A DNA stretch of 64,000 bases from Octopus sinensis. Taxonomy: Eukaryota. Under the pieces are notes generated by a model that was not told the DNA's origin, did not search any database, and was given only the letters and a program-made list of their open reading frames with translations. Shown here piece after piece: positions 39,399 to 51,912 of this stretch. The position numbers and the translations under genes are program-made. Where the stretch lies: contig NC_043012.1 of NCBI RefSeq assembly GCF_006345805.1, positions 39,370,001 through 39,434,000 of the forward strand. Reading direction: 5' to 3'. Each line of letters starts with the position of its first letter. The first letter of the stretch is position 1.

Positions 39399-39646
39399 TT
39401 AACACCTAAAGCACGACAGGCCACGATCGTGGCCGTCAGGCACACGTCAACAGGCCACGATCGCGGCCCAGATAGATGTAGATAATATATGGGCGTTTGT
39501 TGGGTCTAATGTAACTCAAACGCACCGATACAGAATGCAACTAATGGCTTTTTTGTTTTTTATGTGTGTGTGGTAGTCTCATTTTCATAACATGTGCTCA
39601 GCAGTCCATGTTATGTAAGTGCAAATCTCAGTGCTTTATAGGTTAA
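39399..39646. mobile_element. piggyBac-like MITE with TTAA at both ends
   Basis: TTAAcacctaaagcac (39399) and gtgctttataggTTAA (ends 39646) match as inverted repeats at 13/16. Two subterminal palindromes ggccacgatcg(t/c)ggcc. Confidence 0.65.
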
Positions 39647-40986
39647 ACGTATTTTGGCGAAGGCAACCCTTAGAGAAAGCTGAAAGCTGTAATTTATCAT
39701 TAGGAGCTACGAGTGTGCAATGTGGTGTAGAATATCATGCATAGATTATCCTCTCTCTCTCTCTTGACTAGATAATGTGATATGAACACACTACAACAAG
39801 AACAAATTGACCTGGGTGTAGTGTGTCAAAAACCGATTAACGTCATGAATTCATTAAAATCGTTGCGTTGTCCGGCGCTAATCCAGACGATTGGCTATTA
39901 TTGCAAATTGCAATTAAAAAGGACCAGTGGAGAGGAATTAGTTCAATCAAGAATTGAACGTTTTGCCAAAATTTGATACGCCTGTGTTTCTCACACGCAA
40001 CTTGTTGATTATAAAACACCTTCTCTAAGTACCTTCACATCATCTTTAAATCTCCTATGACCATATCTACCGATCTCATAACTTTTACCACTACCGCCAA
40101 CAACAGCCACAATGATTACTAAATAAATAAAGCTAAAATGGCGGATGTAGCATTCAGTTGACTTTTTTATCAATAAACTCCATTTTGTTTAGGTGGATAA
40201 CTCTTTCGAATTTTATTTTTATGTATATATTTTTTCTTGTCTATAGAAAACTCTGACAGTCATGCTCTTCATAATTAGTGCCGAAAGATATGTAAAAAGA
40301 GAAAAAAAAAACCTTGCGCAAGAACGAAATGTCGTTTTACTATGAATGTATGAAGACACCCTTTATTCTTCTCGTTTCCTTACTTTCTTCCTTCAGCGAC
40401 TAGAGTTCAGCAGATTTCTGAAGAATGTAATGTATGTGTTATTTATCTATTTTTATTCCTTTTAAATTTTTGCGGTTGATAGTTGCGTTCGCGTAGTTGT
40501 TGTTATTGATATATAAAGCCTTTCTTTTTTTAATACCATCTGGAATAAATAAGATTCGTGGCAGGAATTTTTCAACAGACAATGTATAGTACTGTTTATA
40601 GTGTCATTCTTTATCATTCCTTTTTTTCGATCTTGGTCTTCACAGATAGGCATATATTTACGGCGATCTAGTAAATAGTTGTAAGACATTTGCAATGGTG
40701 TTTTAATATAATTATTCAACTTCGTAATTGACTTCAACAATGAACACTGGACTATGAAATTAACAAATAGAAAATTAGTTTAATGAAAATAGAGAAGAAA
40801 AAAATAGTGTGCTATCGTGAACTTAATGCAGCTTTTGTGGTGGGAGCGAAAAAATAACTGGGTGAAAATTAATTAAAACGACATACTATTCGAGAACAAA
40901 TTAATTAGATTCTTCTGTGTGTAATAGAATAATAGTACGCTGTATTCGCACATGTATGTTTATACATATATATATAAACACAGGTT

Positions 40987-41020
<34 letters not shown>

Positions 41021-41042
41021 ATATGATGTGATACATTGACAT

Positions 41043-41111
<69 letters not shown>

Positions 41112-42409
41112 ATATGTGTATATAAATTCATATAAATATGGATAGAGAAAAGTTTAGTTTATACGTTTGTGTGTCCGTATGAAACTAAGAGTCGAAAGAG
41201 AGAGGGAAGGAAACAATAAAGAAAAGAACGAAGAAAAAAGCAACACATATAAAAAGAAAAAAAAACGGTAAAAATTGTAGTATCTATCGGTAGATAATTT
41301 GGTTAGCTTGACAATAATGGAACCCTGACGTCAGTTCTATACCAGCATTGAAGTCTGTCTTTCTACATAGAAAATACCAAGATTGTTGAAGAGATCTATT
41401 AATGATGTTCGCACTAAAGAATTGAGATTCCCTCCCCATACCTTTCTATCTTCCTTCCTCATTTCTCTCTCATCAGCTCTATCTAGACAGGGATCGCTAC
41501 AAAAATTACAATCTATCGCTTTCACAATGGTCTTCTGTCAAGTTTCTTTAATTCTTATTTTAAGTTGATCTGATTTTCAATCGTGATTGCAACAAGAGAA
41601 TTCAATTTCTCCAAACTCTCCGGAGTCTGTTTGCCTGTTCGCACATGTACACACAGCGCGCACAGACACCACTCCAGACAGAAACTCGCACTTGCAAATA
41701 TGCGTTCAAAATTACCTGTACGAATAGGCATAAATGAAAAGCACACAAGAATGCAAGTATAAATTTTTATATATATATATATATATGAAGAGAGAGACGG
41801 GGGTCGCTTTTTCTCAACTTTAAATTAAGCTTGTAAATATATTATTTTACACTTAAAGATGTTATTATCTTTGATGCTATTCAATCCTTCTGTATACCCT
41901 AGGAAAGCGAAATAATGTTATTTTCAACCTATACACCACCCTAACAGAGGTGACATGGCAATTTATGTTCATCTGGATCCAGTAACCCTTGCTATTTTTT
42001 TTTTCTGGTTTCTTTTGGCCGGTTTCGCTCCGATGAGCCTTCGCTTGAGGAATCCTCTCAAAGAAGTCGGATCAAAACGAATCTTAACTCTGCTAGATCG
42101 GACAATCAGATTTCCGAAACGTCACCGAGAGTTCGCCAATTTGAAACTTCTGAAATATCCATGGTACTTGATCCTTGTATCGCCGCGTAAGAACTGCAAC
42201 TGGAACCGTTCTTTGTTGCAGTTCTCTAGATAAACCTCTTCATCAGTCGAAGCTTGGAATTTCGTTGAACATAGCCAAAGTTGCAGGGTTATGTAACACC
42301 TCGGTCGTAATCATAGTCGGACCGATTCAATCCTAGAATTTCACAGATTTCTGTGATGGAAATAGATCAATATTTTCTTTTGCGTTTTCAATAACCTCTC
42401 AGGTTACAA

Positions 42410-42530
42410 TGTTAAACGTAGTGCGCATGCACAGCAGAATTCAACGTCAATCTGTGACAAGCGGCTCTCCTCCGCGTGCGTTAGTTTTGTTACTATAGCA
42501 ACAGTCCGGTTACTTATTGATCAGGCCATG
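42410..42530 (-). mobile_element. Mariner 5'-end fragment (same family as 22236)
   Basis: Minus strand ggcctgatcaataagtaaccggactgttgctatagtaac...ctgctgtgcatgcgcac aligns with 22240-22365. Confidence 0.8.
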
Positions 42531-42580
42531 TGTGTGTATGTGTATATATATATATACAGAGAGAGAGAGAGAGAGAGAGA

Positions 42581-43518
42581 GCTTGCAGAAACTTGTGGCG
42601 ACGCATTACGTCATCCTCCTTATGCGAATATGGGGTGCACAACGAATGCAGCCCTCTTGTCCTCACCAGTTCCGATGGAGAAAGGTGTCAAGGAGACACC
42701 ACCACTCCTAAGCTCTTCACGGCGTGTCTCGAGATGGTAAATACGAGACATGAACTGGAACGGAGGCAGAAGGATATACGGAGAGCTTCTCAACCAACTA
42801 AGATTCGATGACGACATGGCGTTGTCAGCGGAGAGCACCATTCAGTTATAGATCTTGCTGGATGAACTGGAATTCAGTGTTTCAGCCGTCGGCTTGTTGT
42901 TCAACCGCACAAAAAGACCAAGTATATACAGTCCGAGAGCGTACCTATCGGTCACTTAACTGTCGGAAGCAATGAAATAGAAGAGGTGAGCAGCTATGTG
43001 TATCTCGGAGATGGAGTGAGTGAAGTGACAAATGGAGAATGATATCTCGCGAAGGGTTCAACTCGGTGAAGGATGTGCTGAAGATGAACCTAGACAAGGC
43101 AACTCGAGAGCCAATTTCTTAGACATTGCCTGCAATGCTATACGCATGTGAGAATTGGACCTTGATGAAAAGAGAACAACATCTGCTTACGGCGCAATGA
43201 GCTATGGAAAGGTCGATGGTGGGAATTTCGTTAAGAAATCACATCGGGGACGAGGAGATAGAAGTGGAGTGAAGGACATCATCGCAGAATACCACCATGC
43301 AAAGCTATCTTGGGTCATTCATGTCTTAAGGTAGACCCGTGAATTTGTGTACAAGCACTCGGAATACTTCCAATTAAGTGGGAAGATGATTTAATAAAAA
43401 TGTGTGGAATAACGTGGAGGAAACTGTCGAGATTAGAAGGGGAATGGAGCAAATGCTGTGACAAGTGGAGCCAACACGACACCAGACAGCCTGGGCCGAT
43501 CCAAGTGATTCAGGTGAT
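42581..43518 (+). mobile_element. RTE-clade LINE, 5'-truncated RT and C-terminal fragment
   Basis: Frameshifted translation KGVK.GDTTTPKLFTACLEMV...NQLRFDDDMALSAES (QGD and FADD RT motifs), EEVSSYVYLG, LPAMLYACENWTL, MERSMVGISLRNHI, KWEDDLIKMCGITWR. Short tandem caagtga/caggtga tail. Confidence 0.92.
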
Positions 43519-43551
43519 ATATATATATATATAATATATATATATATATAT

Positions 43552-43596
<45 letters not shown>

Positions 43597-45691
43597 ATAT
43601 ATACACATACATATACGTTCGTTGATGTATTTATACGCGAGCGCACAGTACATGTGTAAGCGTATACGTGAAAGACCATTCATGTGTTTTGTAGCTACTA
43701 TTTCCAGTGCAGTGATCCAGTGATTGGCTGTGTGTTAAAAACTCGTCTGACAACTTTATTCAGTATAATGGTCCTAAGGAGGGTCACATCTTAAAAACAA
43801 AGAGGTGTTTCTTACATTCTATTTAAGGACGATTTGGTGGAATTGATGTTGTGAAGAGTATAGCTATCAACGACCATAACAGGCCATATGGAAGCGGCGT
43901 TTGCCTAGATTTTAAAAGGATGGGAACAATGGCAAGACGGGAAGAGATGGTTCGCCGTACACTTGTTTAAGGGACAGGTCTGAGAAACATGAGAATCGTG
44001 GCCATAATTTCTAGCACAATCATGGAATGTAGTCACCTTTGTGCAACAGTCTGTGCATGAGTTGAGAATATAGGTGACCCAGAGTATACATGGACATTAG
44101 CGGAATGAATATCAATCTGACTGCTAATGGAGTTAGAAAGTCTACGTAGTAACTATAAGCTAGATAGTAAATTCCACATGACTGTCGTCAGTTCTGGCTA
44201 CAAGAAGAAAAGCAGAAGAAAAGAAAGGTGGGGAGAAATGCAACAGCAACAAGAAAAACAGGTGTTAAAGATGAAGAAAGATAAAGACATGTCTGCCGTT
44301 AGTGCAGTTTCTAAAACATCATTAGTCGGAACTGCGAAAGGAGGGAGACCAAGTGTGATCATATCGTTATAATTGCTAATAACATTACGAGTTTATAGTG
44401 TGTGAAAAATCGAAGAGTCTCGGGCTACAACAGTTCCATCCCATCGCTTGTCACGATGGCGCAGGTAAAATGTGGAGAAAGTAAATATAACAAGGAGGAA
44501 AAGGCTAAAACAAAACCAAACATAAATGAAGGAATGGACTAGAAGTCCCTTCCAAATAGTTGCTGATTTCCATTACTTCCCTGAACTTTGAAGCAAACTG
44601 AAAGGACACCCCACACTTTCTAACTTTTATCTTAGGCTGGACGAATCAATGTGCGTATTTTCGAAGATATGAGTGTAATGGCTAAGATTAGCTTTCTTTA
44701 TATGAAAGATATTTAATGACGGTCAGGAAATTTAGAATCGGTCACGGTTCAGCTAAGACCAAATATATATATATATATAGGGAGAGAGAGATCAGAGCCA
44801 AAACCTCGTTTGTCACGGAATGTCTCTGACTGTAGCTTCTCATGCTTTTATATGGGAAATGCCTGTATTTCTAGCAAAATATTGTCGTTTTATTGGTTTA
44901 TATTATCTTTGTAACAAAATCTATTGTTAATTCTCTAACGATTCCTAGTTATGCCTCGTAGAGTTAAGCACAAGTATTTTTTGTTCTTTGTTAGGATAAG
45001 GGGAAGGCAGGAATGTAAGTAAGAAATGGTGAGAGGTGTCAAGTTTTTTAACCTACTGATAATGATAATTAGCAGATGCAACACTCAAGCTAAATATTTA
45101 AATAGCGTTCAGGAAAAAAAAAAACTACCATCTAAAAAAAAGACAAATGAATGGATAGAAATAATAAGACCGAAGATGAGGATATTAACAGAAGCCATCA
45201 ACTATGCCAAACACTTGAATAACAACTTATTTTCTTCAACCGCAAAATCTTCCTTCTTAAATATGCAATCAGCTGAAGGCAGCAATCAGCGTTCAGCATT
45301 GATATCAATCTTACTGCTGCAGCACGTGGTGAGATTACGACGGTTTATAGAAACTGCGATGACTCACAACCAGAATATAAATGATCAATGACATGCAGAT
45401 AGCTGGAATTAAGGAAATATAACCAAACATGTAGTAAATTACATTGAAATATCGTGGGAAATCTTACGGACTATTGACATAGCCATGCAGTATATTTCAT
45501 GCCATCAGCACATGCTTTTTCTAGATACAATAGGAATTTTTCTCAAAATAATTTATTCACTGAGATCCTTATAAATCTTTCCTCGTCGATGACACCAATA
45601 CTATATATTCGGGTATATGTTATCAGAATTCACATTCAATTCGTTTCAGTGTATATACGTGCGCACGCGCTCGAGTATATATATATATAAC

Positions 45692-45839
45692 GTAGCTTGC
45701 TTACCAGCCACATGGTTCTGGGTTCAGTCCCACTGTGTGGCACCTTGGGCAAGTGTCTTCTACTATAGCCTCGGGCCGACCAAAGCCGTGTGAGTGGATT
45801 TGATAGACGGAAACTAAATGAAGCCCGTTCTATGTGTGT

Positions 45840-45878
<39 letters not shown>

Positions 45879-46092
45879 ATATATAATGTGTCTGTGTGTT
45901 TGTCACCCCACCATCGCTTGACAACCGATGCTGGTGTGTTTATGCTCCGCAACTTAGCTGTTCGGCAACAGAGAAGGATAGAATAATTACTACGCATACA
46001 AAGAATAAGTTCTGGGGTCGATTTGTTCGACCAAAGGTGGTGCTCCAGCATGGCTGCAGCCAAATACACTGAAGCAAAAGAGTAAAAGAGTT
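45692..46092 (+). mobile_element. SINE family A
   Basis: gtagcttgcttaccagccacatggttctgggttcagtccc head, internal (TA)n, aaaagagtaaaagagt tail. Confidence 0.9.
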
Positions 46093-46099
46093 ATATATA

Positions 46100-46145
<46 letters not shown>

Positions 46146-46619
46146 TACTGATTTTAGCGTCTATATTTTAGTGAAATGTTAAGAGATCATGAATATGGTT
46201 ACTGCCAATATTGAACTCGATAAAATAAAATAGTCAAATTTATTATAAAATTATATTTGGCTGGAACTTAGAGTTTTGTCTAACGACTTCGTAAATGGCT
46301 TTCTTTTGAAAGGCCTTCGATGGAGAAAAATAGAATATTACATTTGAGAACGAATTTTATATTTATTTCAAAATAATAAACCACATTATTTCATACTTCC
46401 TATAAAATTTTCCTAACTGTTTAAAATAAACAGAAGCGATAATGATAGCTCTGCAAGATGATGGCCTCAGAAATCAATGGTGGTACCGTCATGTTGTGGA
46501 TGAGCTCTACATCACTGGTGAAACAGAGTTCTAAGGGCTATACTGCTGCTCGTGTACAGTATTAATTATTCCAGAAACATCATTCTATTGAAATTAAATA
46601 AAGCTTCTGCTTCATTCAG

Positions 46620-46775
46620 TGGTTGAATGCCCAGGCTTCGAGGTTTATCCAGGACTTCAAAAAAAAATTGAAGGACACCTGCAATAAGTGTGTAAATCTG
46701 AGAGGGGAATATGGTCAATAAAATCATCATTAACTGATCATCCTGGATTTTCTTTCCCCAAAGCTAAGAACCCAT
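46620..46775 (+). mobile_element. Mariner 3' end with transposase C-terminus
   Basis: Translation ..WLNAQAS...CNKCVNLRGEYGQ* matches the mariner C-terminal W.KC...G.Y motif, followed by terminal sequence. Confidence 0.75.
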
Positions 46776-46786
46776 CATATACATAC

Positions 46787-46829
<43 letters not shown>

Positions 46830-47231
46830 CTATTAGTATTGCAAACTAAACTTAACAAGGGAGGGTAGGGGCGTGATATTTTCAAGATATACGTAGCAAA
46901 TTCACCATCGTTTCTTTGTTTCTAGTTTGTAGAAAACACAATTTATTTCAGTGTGCATATCTCAACATAGAAAAAAAAAACTTATCTATCTACATATATT
47001 GTCTAAGTGATCATAATACTTGATTGCTTGAAGTGAAGTTCTCTCGAGCATGGAAATTTTCTTGTTGAAGTGTGATAGCTTTTCATGTTCAGTAGTAAAG
47101 CCGATGCGAATGTTGCGGTGGTCTTCTGTGGGGGTATGCATGGGTTTTGCTTCAGTTCTTCTGTCTTGCTTGTTTTGTTTTGTAACCATATCAGCTTTTG
47201 CATCTTCTTTTGTCTACTCTTAAACAAATAT

Positions 47232-47535
47232 GAAGACGCATGGCTCAGTGGTTTTAAGGTCAGGCCCAAAATCATGAGGTAAAGAGTAGTTCGATTCCCT
47301 GACTGGGCTGTGTTGCATTCTTGAGCAATACACTATATTTCACGTGGGTACAGCTGCAGAAATGAGTTGCGACGTCACTGGTGCCAAGCCGTTTCGGCCT
47401 TTGCCTTTCCCTTGGACAACATCAGTGGCGTGGAGAAGGGGAGGCTAGTATGCACGAGCTATTGCTGGTCTTACACAGACTTGTACTTCGGAGGGAAAAT
47501 TTCTTAATGCAATCTCATGATCATTCATGATTGAA
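47232..47535 (+). mobile_element. tRNA-derived SINE with CORE-like domain (type F)
   Basis: tggctcagtggtt A box, agttcgattccc B box, cttgagcaatacact body, gcctttcccttggacaacatcagtggcgtggag. Homologous to 3980-4212. Confidence 0.75.
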
Positions 47536-48180
47536 GGAGGTCTTTACCTGTTTTTTCAACAAGTGTAATGCTCGACCGCTGCATTTAACAGTGCCTTTAT
47601 ACATAGTATTTTTATTGGGATCAGAAGATATAGGGTGTAGCATCTTCAAGAAGATTTCCCTACTTTTATTTTTGTTAATGTTTTGCAGGCATTTAAACCC
47701 CCTTGTCCTTTTGTTATGGTAAGAAGTAATTGCTACATTGACTGCTACTCTAGATAGCATAAGATGATCAAAGCATCAGTCTGTGTGTAAATCCCTGTGC
47801 CAGATGATACATTTGACGGGCTGCCTTCTTGTTTTGTTCTATTGAGCATTAGTAATTTAATTTTGGCCATTTGTTTTCTCCGCCATGGCTTTGGGAGGCG
47901 GTCTCAGTCAGGATCAAATGTTCTTTCTGGAATTCTTCTCAGGGCATTTTGATGCTTACTCCTTTCTAGTATTTTACAGATCCCACGGACCATTTATTAC
48001 TGATATCTTTATCTTGCTTAAAATTATTAAAGTCAAAACGGCATAAAAAACAGATTGATTGAGTGGAGCCGCGTTAGCTTGTTTCAGCAATAAAAACAAC
48101 GGGTTTCTTCAATTTCCCAAATTAGCTTCATCTTCACTTTGCCAAATTCGTTTAAGATTTCTCCCTTAACAAAATCAGAT

Positions 48181-48567
48181 TACTCTTTACTCTTTTACTT
48201 GTTTCAGTCATTTGACTGCGGCCATGCTGGAGCACCGCCTTTAATCGAGCAACTCGACCCCGGGACTTATTCTTTTGTAAGCCCAGTACTTATTCCATCG
48301 GTCTCTTTTGCCGAACCGCTAAGTGACGGGGACGTAAACACACCAGCATCGGTTGTCAAACAATGCTAGGGGGACAAACACAGACACACAAACATACACG
48401 CACACACACATATATATACATATATACGACGGGCTACTTTCAGTTTCCGTCTACCAAATCCACTCAGAAGGCATTGGTCGGCCCGGGGCTATAGCAGAAG
48501 ACACTTGCCCAAGGTGTCACGCAGTGGGACTGAACCCGGAACCATGTGGTTGGTTAGCAAGCTACTT
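48181..48567 (-). mobile_element. SINE family A, young copy
   Basis: Close to the family consensus and very similar to 62891-63290. Confidence 0.92.
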
Positions 48568-48849
48568 TATTTCATATCATTTGCCATAAAGGCAGTACAT
48601 AGAGTAAGTTAGCTTTGCGGGCTGGACGAGGACATTAATGAAGTGAATGATAATGAAAGAAAGATGATGGGGATGGGAGAAGACAAATAGCGCCCGCCGA
48701 CTTCTGCTTCTCTAAAACATTGTTCTTTTAAAAATAAACACAAAACGAGGTATTAAACCTCTTACAATTTTTTCAATTTTTGGACTTAGCAGTCCATTAC
48801 TAATAACAACATAGTTCAATAATTACATATATAGATGCAATACACAAAG

Positions 48850-50757
48850 CCCCTCCTCCCAGACCTGGCTTACACTTCCCTTGGGAATGCGCCAGCTCTA
48901 GGTCGGGGCCCCTCAAGTCGTATCACAATTTGACTCGTCCTCGAAATAACTTGTGCCCGCATCCTCCACCATCCACCACGCCTCCCTCAGAATGTAATCG
49001 AGTTCCGAGTTAGCGTCGCCCGGGACCAAGCTATAATCCTCATTGAGCTCCTTCAGCCCAAGCGTCACGTCGAACGCCACGGCCTCCACAGCTACCTGCG
49101 GAGGTCATTCGGGGTCCTGTGTGAAGGCTAAAGGTGCTCCCTTGTGGTGCTTTTCCATCACCTTTTCAATCTCTCCGCCTCTATGGAAGAGGATCAATAC
49201 CTCGTTTTTGCTCGGGTGCGGGATATTCAATTCTTTTGTTGGCGGCACAGTTCCCGCCAACGGTATTTCTTCTCCTGTCGGTGGCACAACCCCAACCGAC
49301 GTAGTTACGGGACATTCCGGTGCTATGTCACCGACAGCCGGTAATGTCCCGTTTCTCTTCCTCTTTTTCTTTTTTTCTTTTCAACTGAGGGAGGGTGCGT
49401 CGTCTCCGTGGCCGGAAGATTCGCCTTTCCCTCCTCATCCCTAGTATCCTTTGGTGAGCACCCATTGTTGCTCACCTTCTTCTTTCGGCCTCTGTTTGAG
49501 GAGTCCTCTGCTTCCTCGGCCGTTATCATTCCCTCTTCTACAGGGGTTTCACTTAACTGTTCCGGGATCCTATTTTGTTCCCGGGGACAGTTCTTCTTTA
49601 TATGGCCGGACTCCAAGCACCGATGACACTTAGGGGGGCGACCCTCAAGCATCACCGGGTACCTGCACCCGGCCATTTTCAAAAAATCTGGAAGAGCCAG
49701 ATTGGCTGATTGGATCCAAAGGGTCAAAATTGCTTTTGACCCAACCCAAGCAGCCGCAGGAAGAACTTTCACATTAAGGAGCTTAGTTTCTATCCCGGGT
49801 GGCAGCCCGCAAATCCAAGCTTTCGTCAGTCTCCTTTTTTGGTACGTGGGCAGGAATAAAATTTCCTTACCCTCCAGAGGTTTACTAGCAAATTTGCAAG
49901 CCTCTTCAGGGGTGTCAAATAGCAACCAACCGTTGTATATTTGACACCCCTGGAAATGAATTTAATTGTTGGCAAATACTCTGCCAACTCCTTTTCAATT
50001 GCCGTCTTTTCGAACAGGGCGATGGTGTCGAGTGCCTTAGAGTAGGTTCTCAACACCACCGTCCTATCTTCACGGTCTTTTAACCACTTTTTAGGCGGTA
50101 TGATCTCCCATTCCAAAATTTTGTCATTTTTCATTGCCATGTTTTTTTTTTCTTTTTTTAAATATATTCAAAATAAAACTTAAAAAGCGAGAAGAAAAAG
50201 AAATCAGAAGAAAGTCACAATGAACAAAAAAGGAGAAAGTCAAATAAAGTTAAAAAGAAAGTCAATAACACAGCAAAAACCTTCTGGTCATTCGGTACTC
50301 CCGGCCTAAATTGAACCCGGAACGCCGCAACTGGAACACAACTTCCACAAAAATTGGTGTAAAATTGGTAAAAATTGTTTAAACTTCGGAGGCAAAACAC
50401 TCCCCTATATAACTGTTCTCACAATTCTTAAAGTTCTTCACAGCACAATACAATTCTCATAATTAGGTGAGAAAAATATTCACTCAATTATCGAAGACGA
50501 ATACGCCCCCAAAAAATTCTCACAATTCAGAGAGAAAAATATATTTGCCCCATGTCGGCAGAATCAGAATTCTGAATCCAGTAGGACTTCCTGCCTGTAA
50601 AAAACAATTTTCAAAAAAAACTCCCACTGGACCCAGAAAACAGAATCTTACCTTACAATGGAGCTTCAAAAATTTTCAATTCAAGACGGCTTCAAAAGCA
50701 CGTCTTCACCGCTTCAGTGGCAAACACAACACTGACTCGCGCAGAAGCAACCTGTAA
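48850..50757 (-). mobile_element. L1/Tx1-like non-LTR element: 5' UTR plus ORF1, no ORF2 seen
   Basis: GC-elevated island with a ~600-bp A-rich leader and a gag-like ORF1. The 3' boundary is uncertain. Confidence 0.7.
48913..50140 (-). pseudogene. Disrupted ORF1p (gag-like nucleic-acid chaperone) with a CX2CX4HX4C zinc knuckle
   Basis: ORFs 49826-50140, 49323-49925 and 49105-49287 join through frameshifts. Contains VMLEGRPPK-CHRCLESGHIKKNC (49587-49628), preceded by RRM-like segments (LFDTPEEACKF, AWICGLPP) and followed by a basic/acidic low-complexity tail. Confidence 0.75.
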
Positions 50758-51537
50758 CCAAGCTACTTTATTTCATGAAAGATTCGCCATCGCCACTCCT
50801 GCGTTAGCATAGACCAAACAATGGAATTCTTTTTCACCTGTAAAAGATGAATATGTATTTCGTTGCGGTATGAGCTCTTATGATGTCAACAACATACAAT
50901 TCTTGGTGGTAAGAATAAAGTTTCTAAAATGAATAAAAAAATAATTCGGAGGGTTGCTTTGAACCAGTGATCAAACACCTATTAGGTCTATTAATCTCAC
51001 ACTGATTTCAAAAACTATGAAAGTGAAAATTATAAATAATAAAGGTGACCTATTAGCAATTTACAGCTGAAAAGGAGGACTAAATACTATATATATAGTA
51101 AGCGCCAGCATTGCTAGAAATACGAGTCAAAGCAACTTTTAGCCACGATAAAGCACTTATCTTATGACTAATGAGGGAGGAGTCAAGCTCCCTGCAGCAT
51201 CTGGGGCATAGCCAGATCAACAGAGATTTCGCATATATATATATATGTGTGTTATCATAGAATTTTGACGAAAATTATGTTTGAATGTAAATGAGGTGCG
51301 GGCCTTTGGTAGATGTTTTGGATAATTACATAAAACTGTATTGAAAATCATTAACAAGACAGATAACCAAATAATCTTCATCACACAGCAGTGATACACG
51401 CGATACCTTTATCGAAAATGGCATTACGCCAATCCCTCGAAAGCAAGCTATCGTTTCGACTTGTTTCCAGAGGGCATTTTTCAGTAATTTTTAAAAATTC
51501 CACTTACCTGTATTCCTTTAGAATCCCAGTGGCTAAT

Positions 51538-51569
<32 letters not shown>

Positions 51570-51580
51570 CGCAAACACTT

Positions 51581-51912
51581 TTACTCCTTTTTACACTTTC
51601 ACTTGTTTCAGTCATTTGACTCCAGCCATGCTGGAGCACTTCCTGTATTCGAACAGATCGAACCGCTAGTTTACAGGGACGTAAACACACCAACATCGGT
51701 TGTCAAGCGATGGTAGGAGAACAGACAGAGACACAAACATATATATATAGGACGGGCTTCTTTCAGTTTCCGTCTACCAAATCTACACATCAATCTTTGG
51801 TCGGCCCGAAGCTATAGCAGAAGACATTTGCCCAAGTTGCCACGCAGTGGGACTGAACCCGGAACCATGTGATTGGAAAGCAAGCTTCTTGCCACACACC
51901 CACGCCTGCGCC
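51581..51912 (-). mobile_element. SINE family A with body deletion
   Basis: Tail cttgtttcagtcatttgac, a shortened body, and head gcagtgggactgaacccggaaccatgtg. Confidence 0.88.

Noticed and set aside
41326-41333. Isolated TGACGTCA CRE palindrome (another lies in the SINE near 25453)
   Set aside because: Compatible with chance frequency, with no supporting context.
43860-44110. Possible decayed multi-knuckle LINE ORF1 on the minus strand (C..NYGH...TCP...HMACYG)
   Set aside because: It needs several assumed frameshifts and has no intact CCHC motif, so it is too weak to call.
45026-45391. 121-aa ORF and an alternative frame AFSIDINLTAAARGEITTV that loosely recalls a cadherin repeat
   Set aside because: No PE, DxD or DxNDN cadherin motifs, and far too short for a protocadherin exon.
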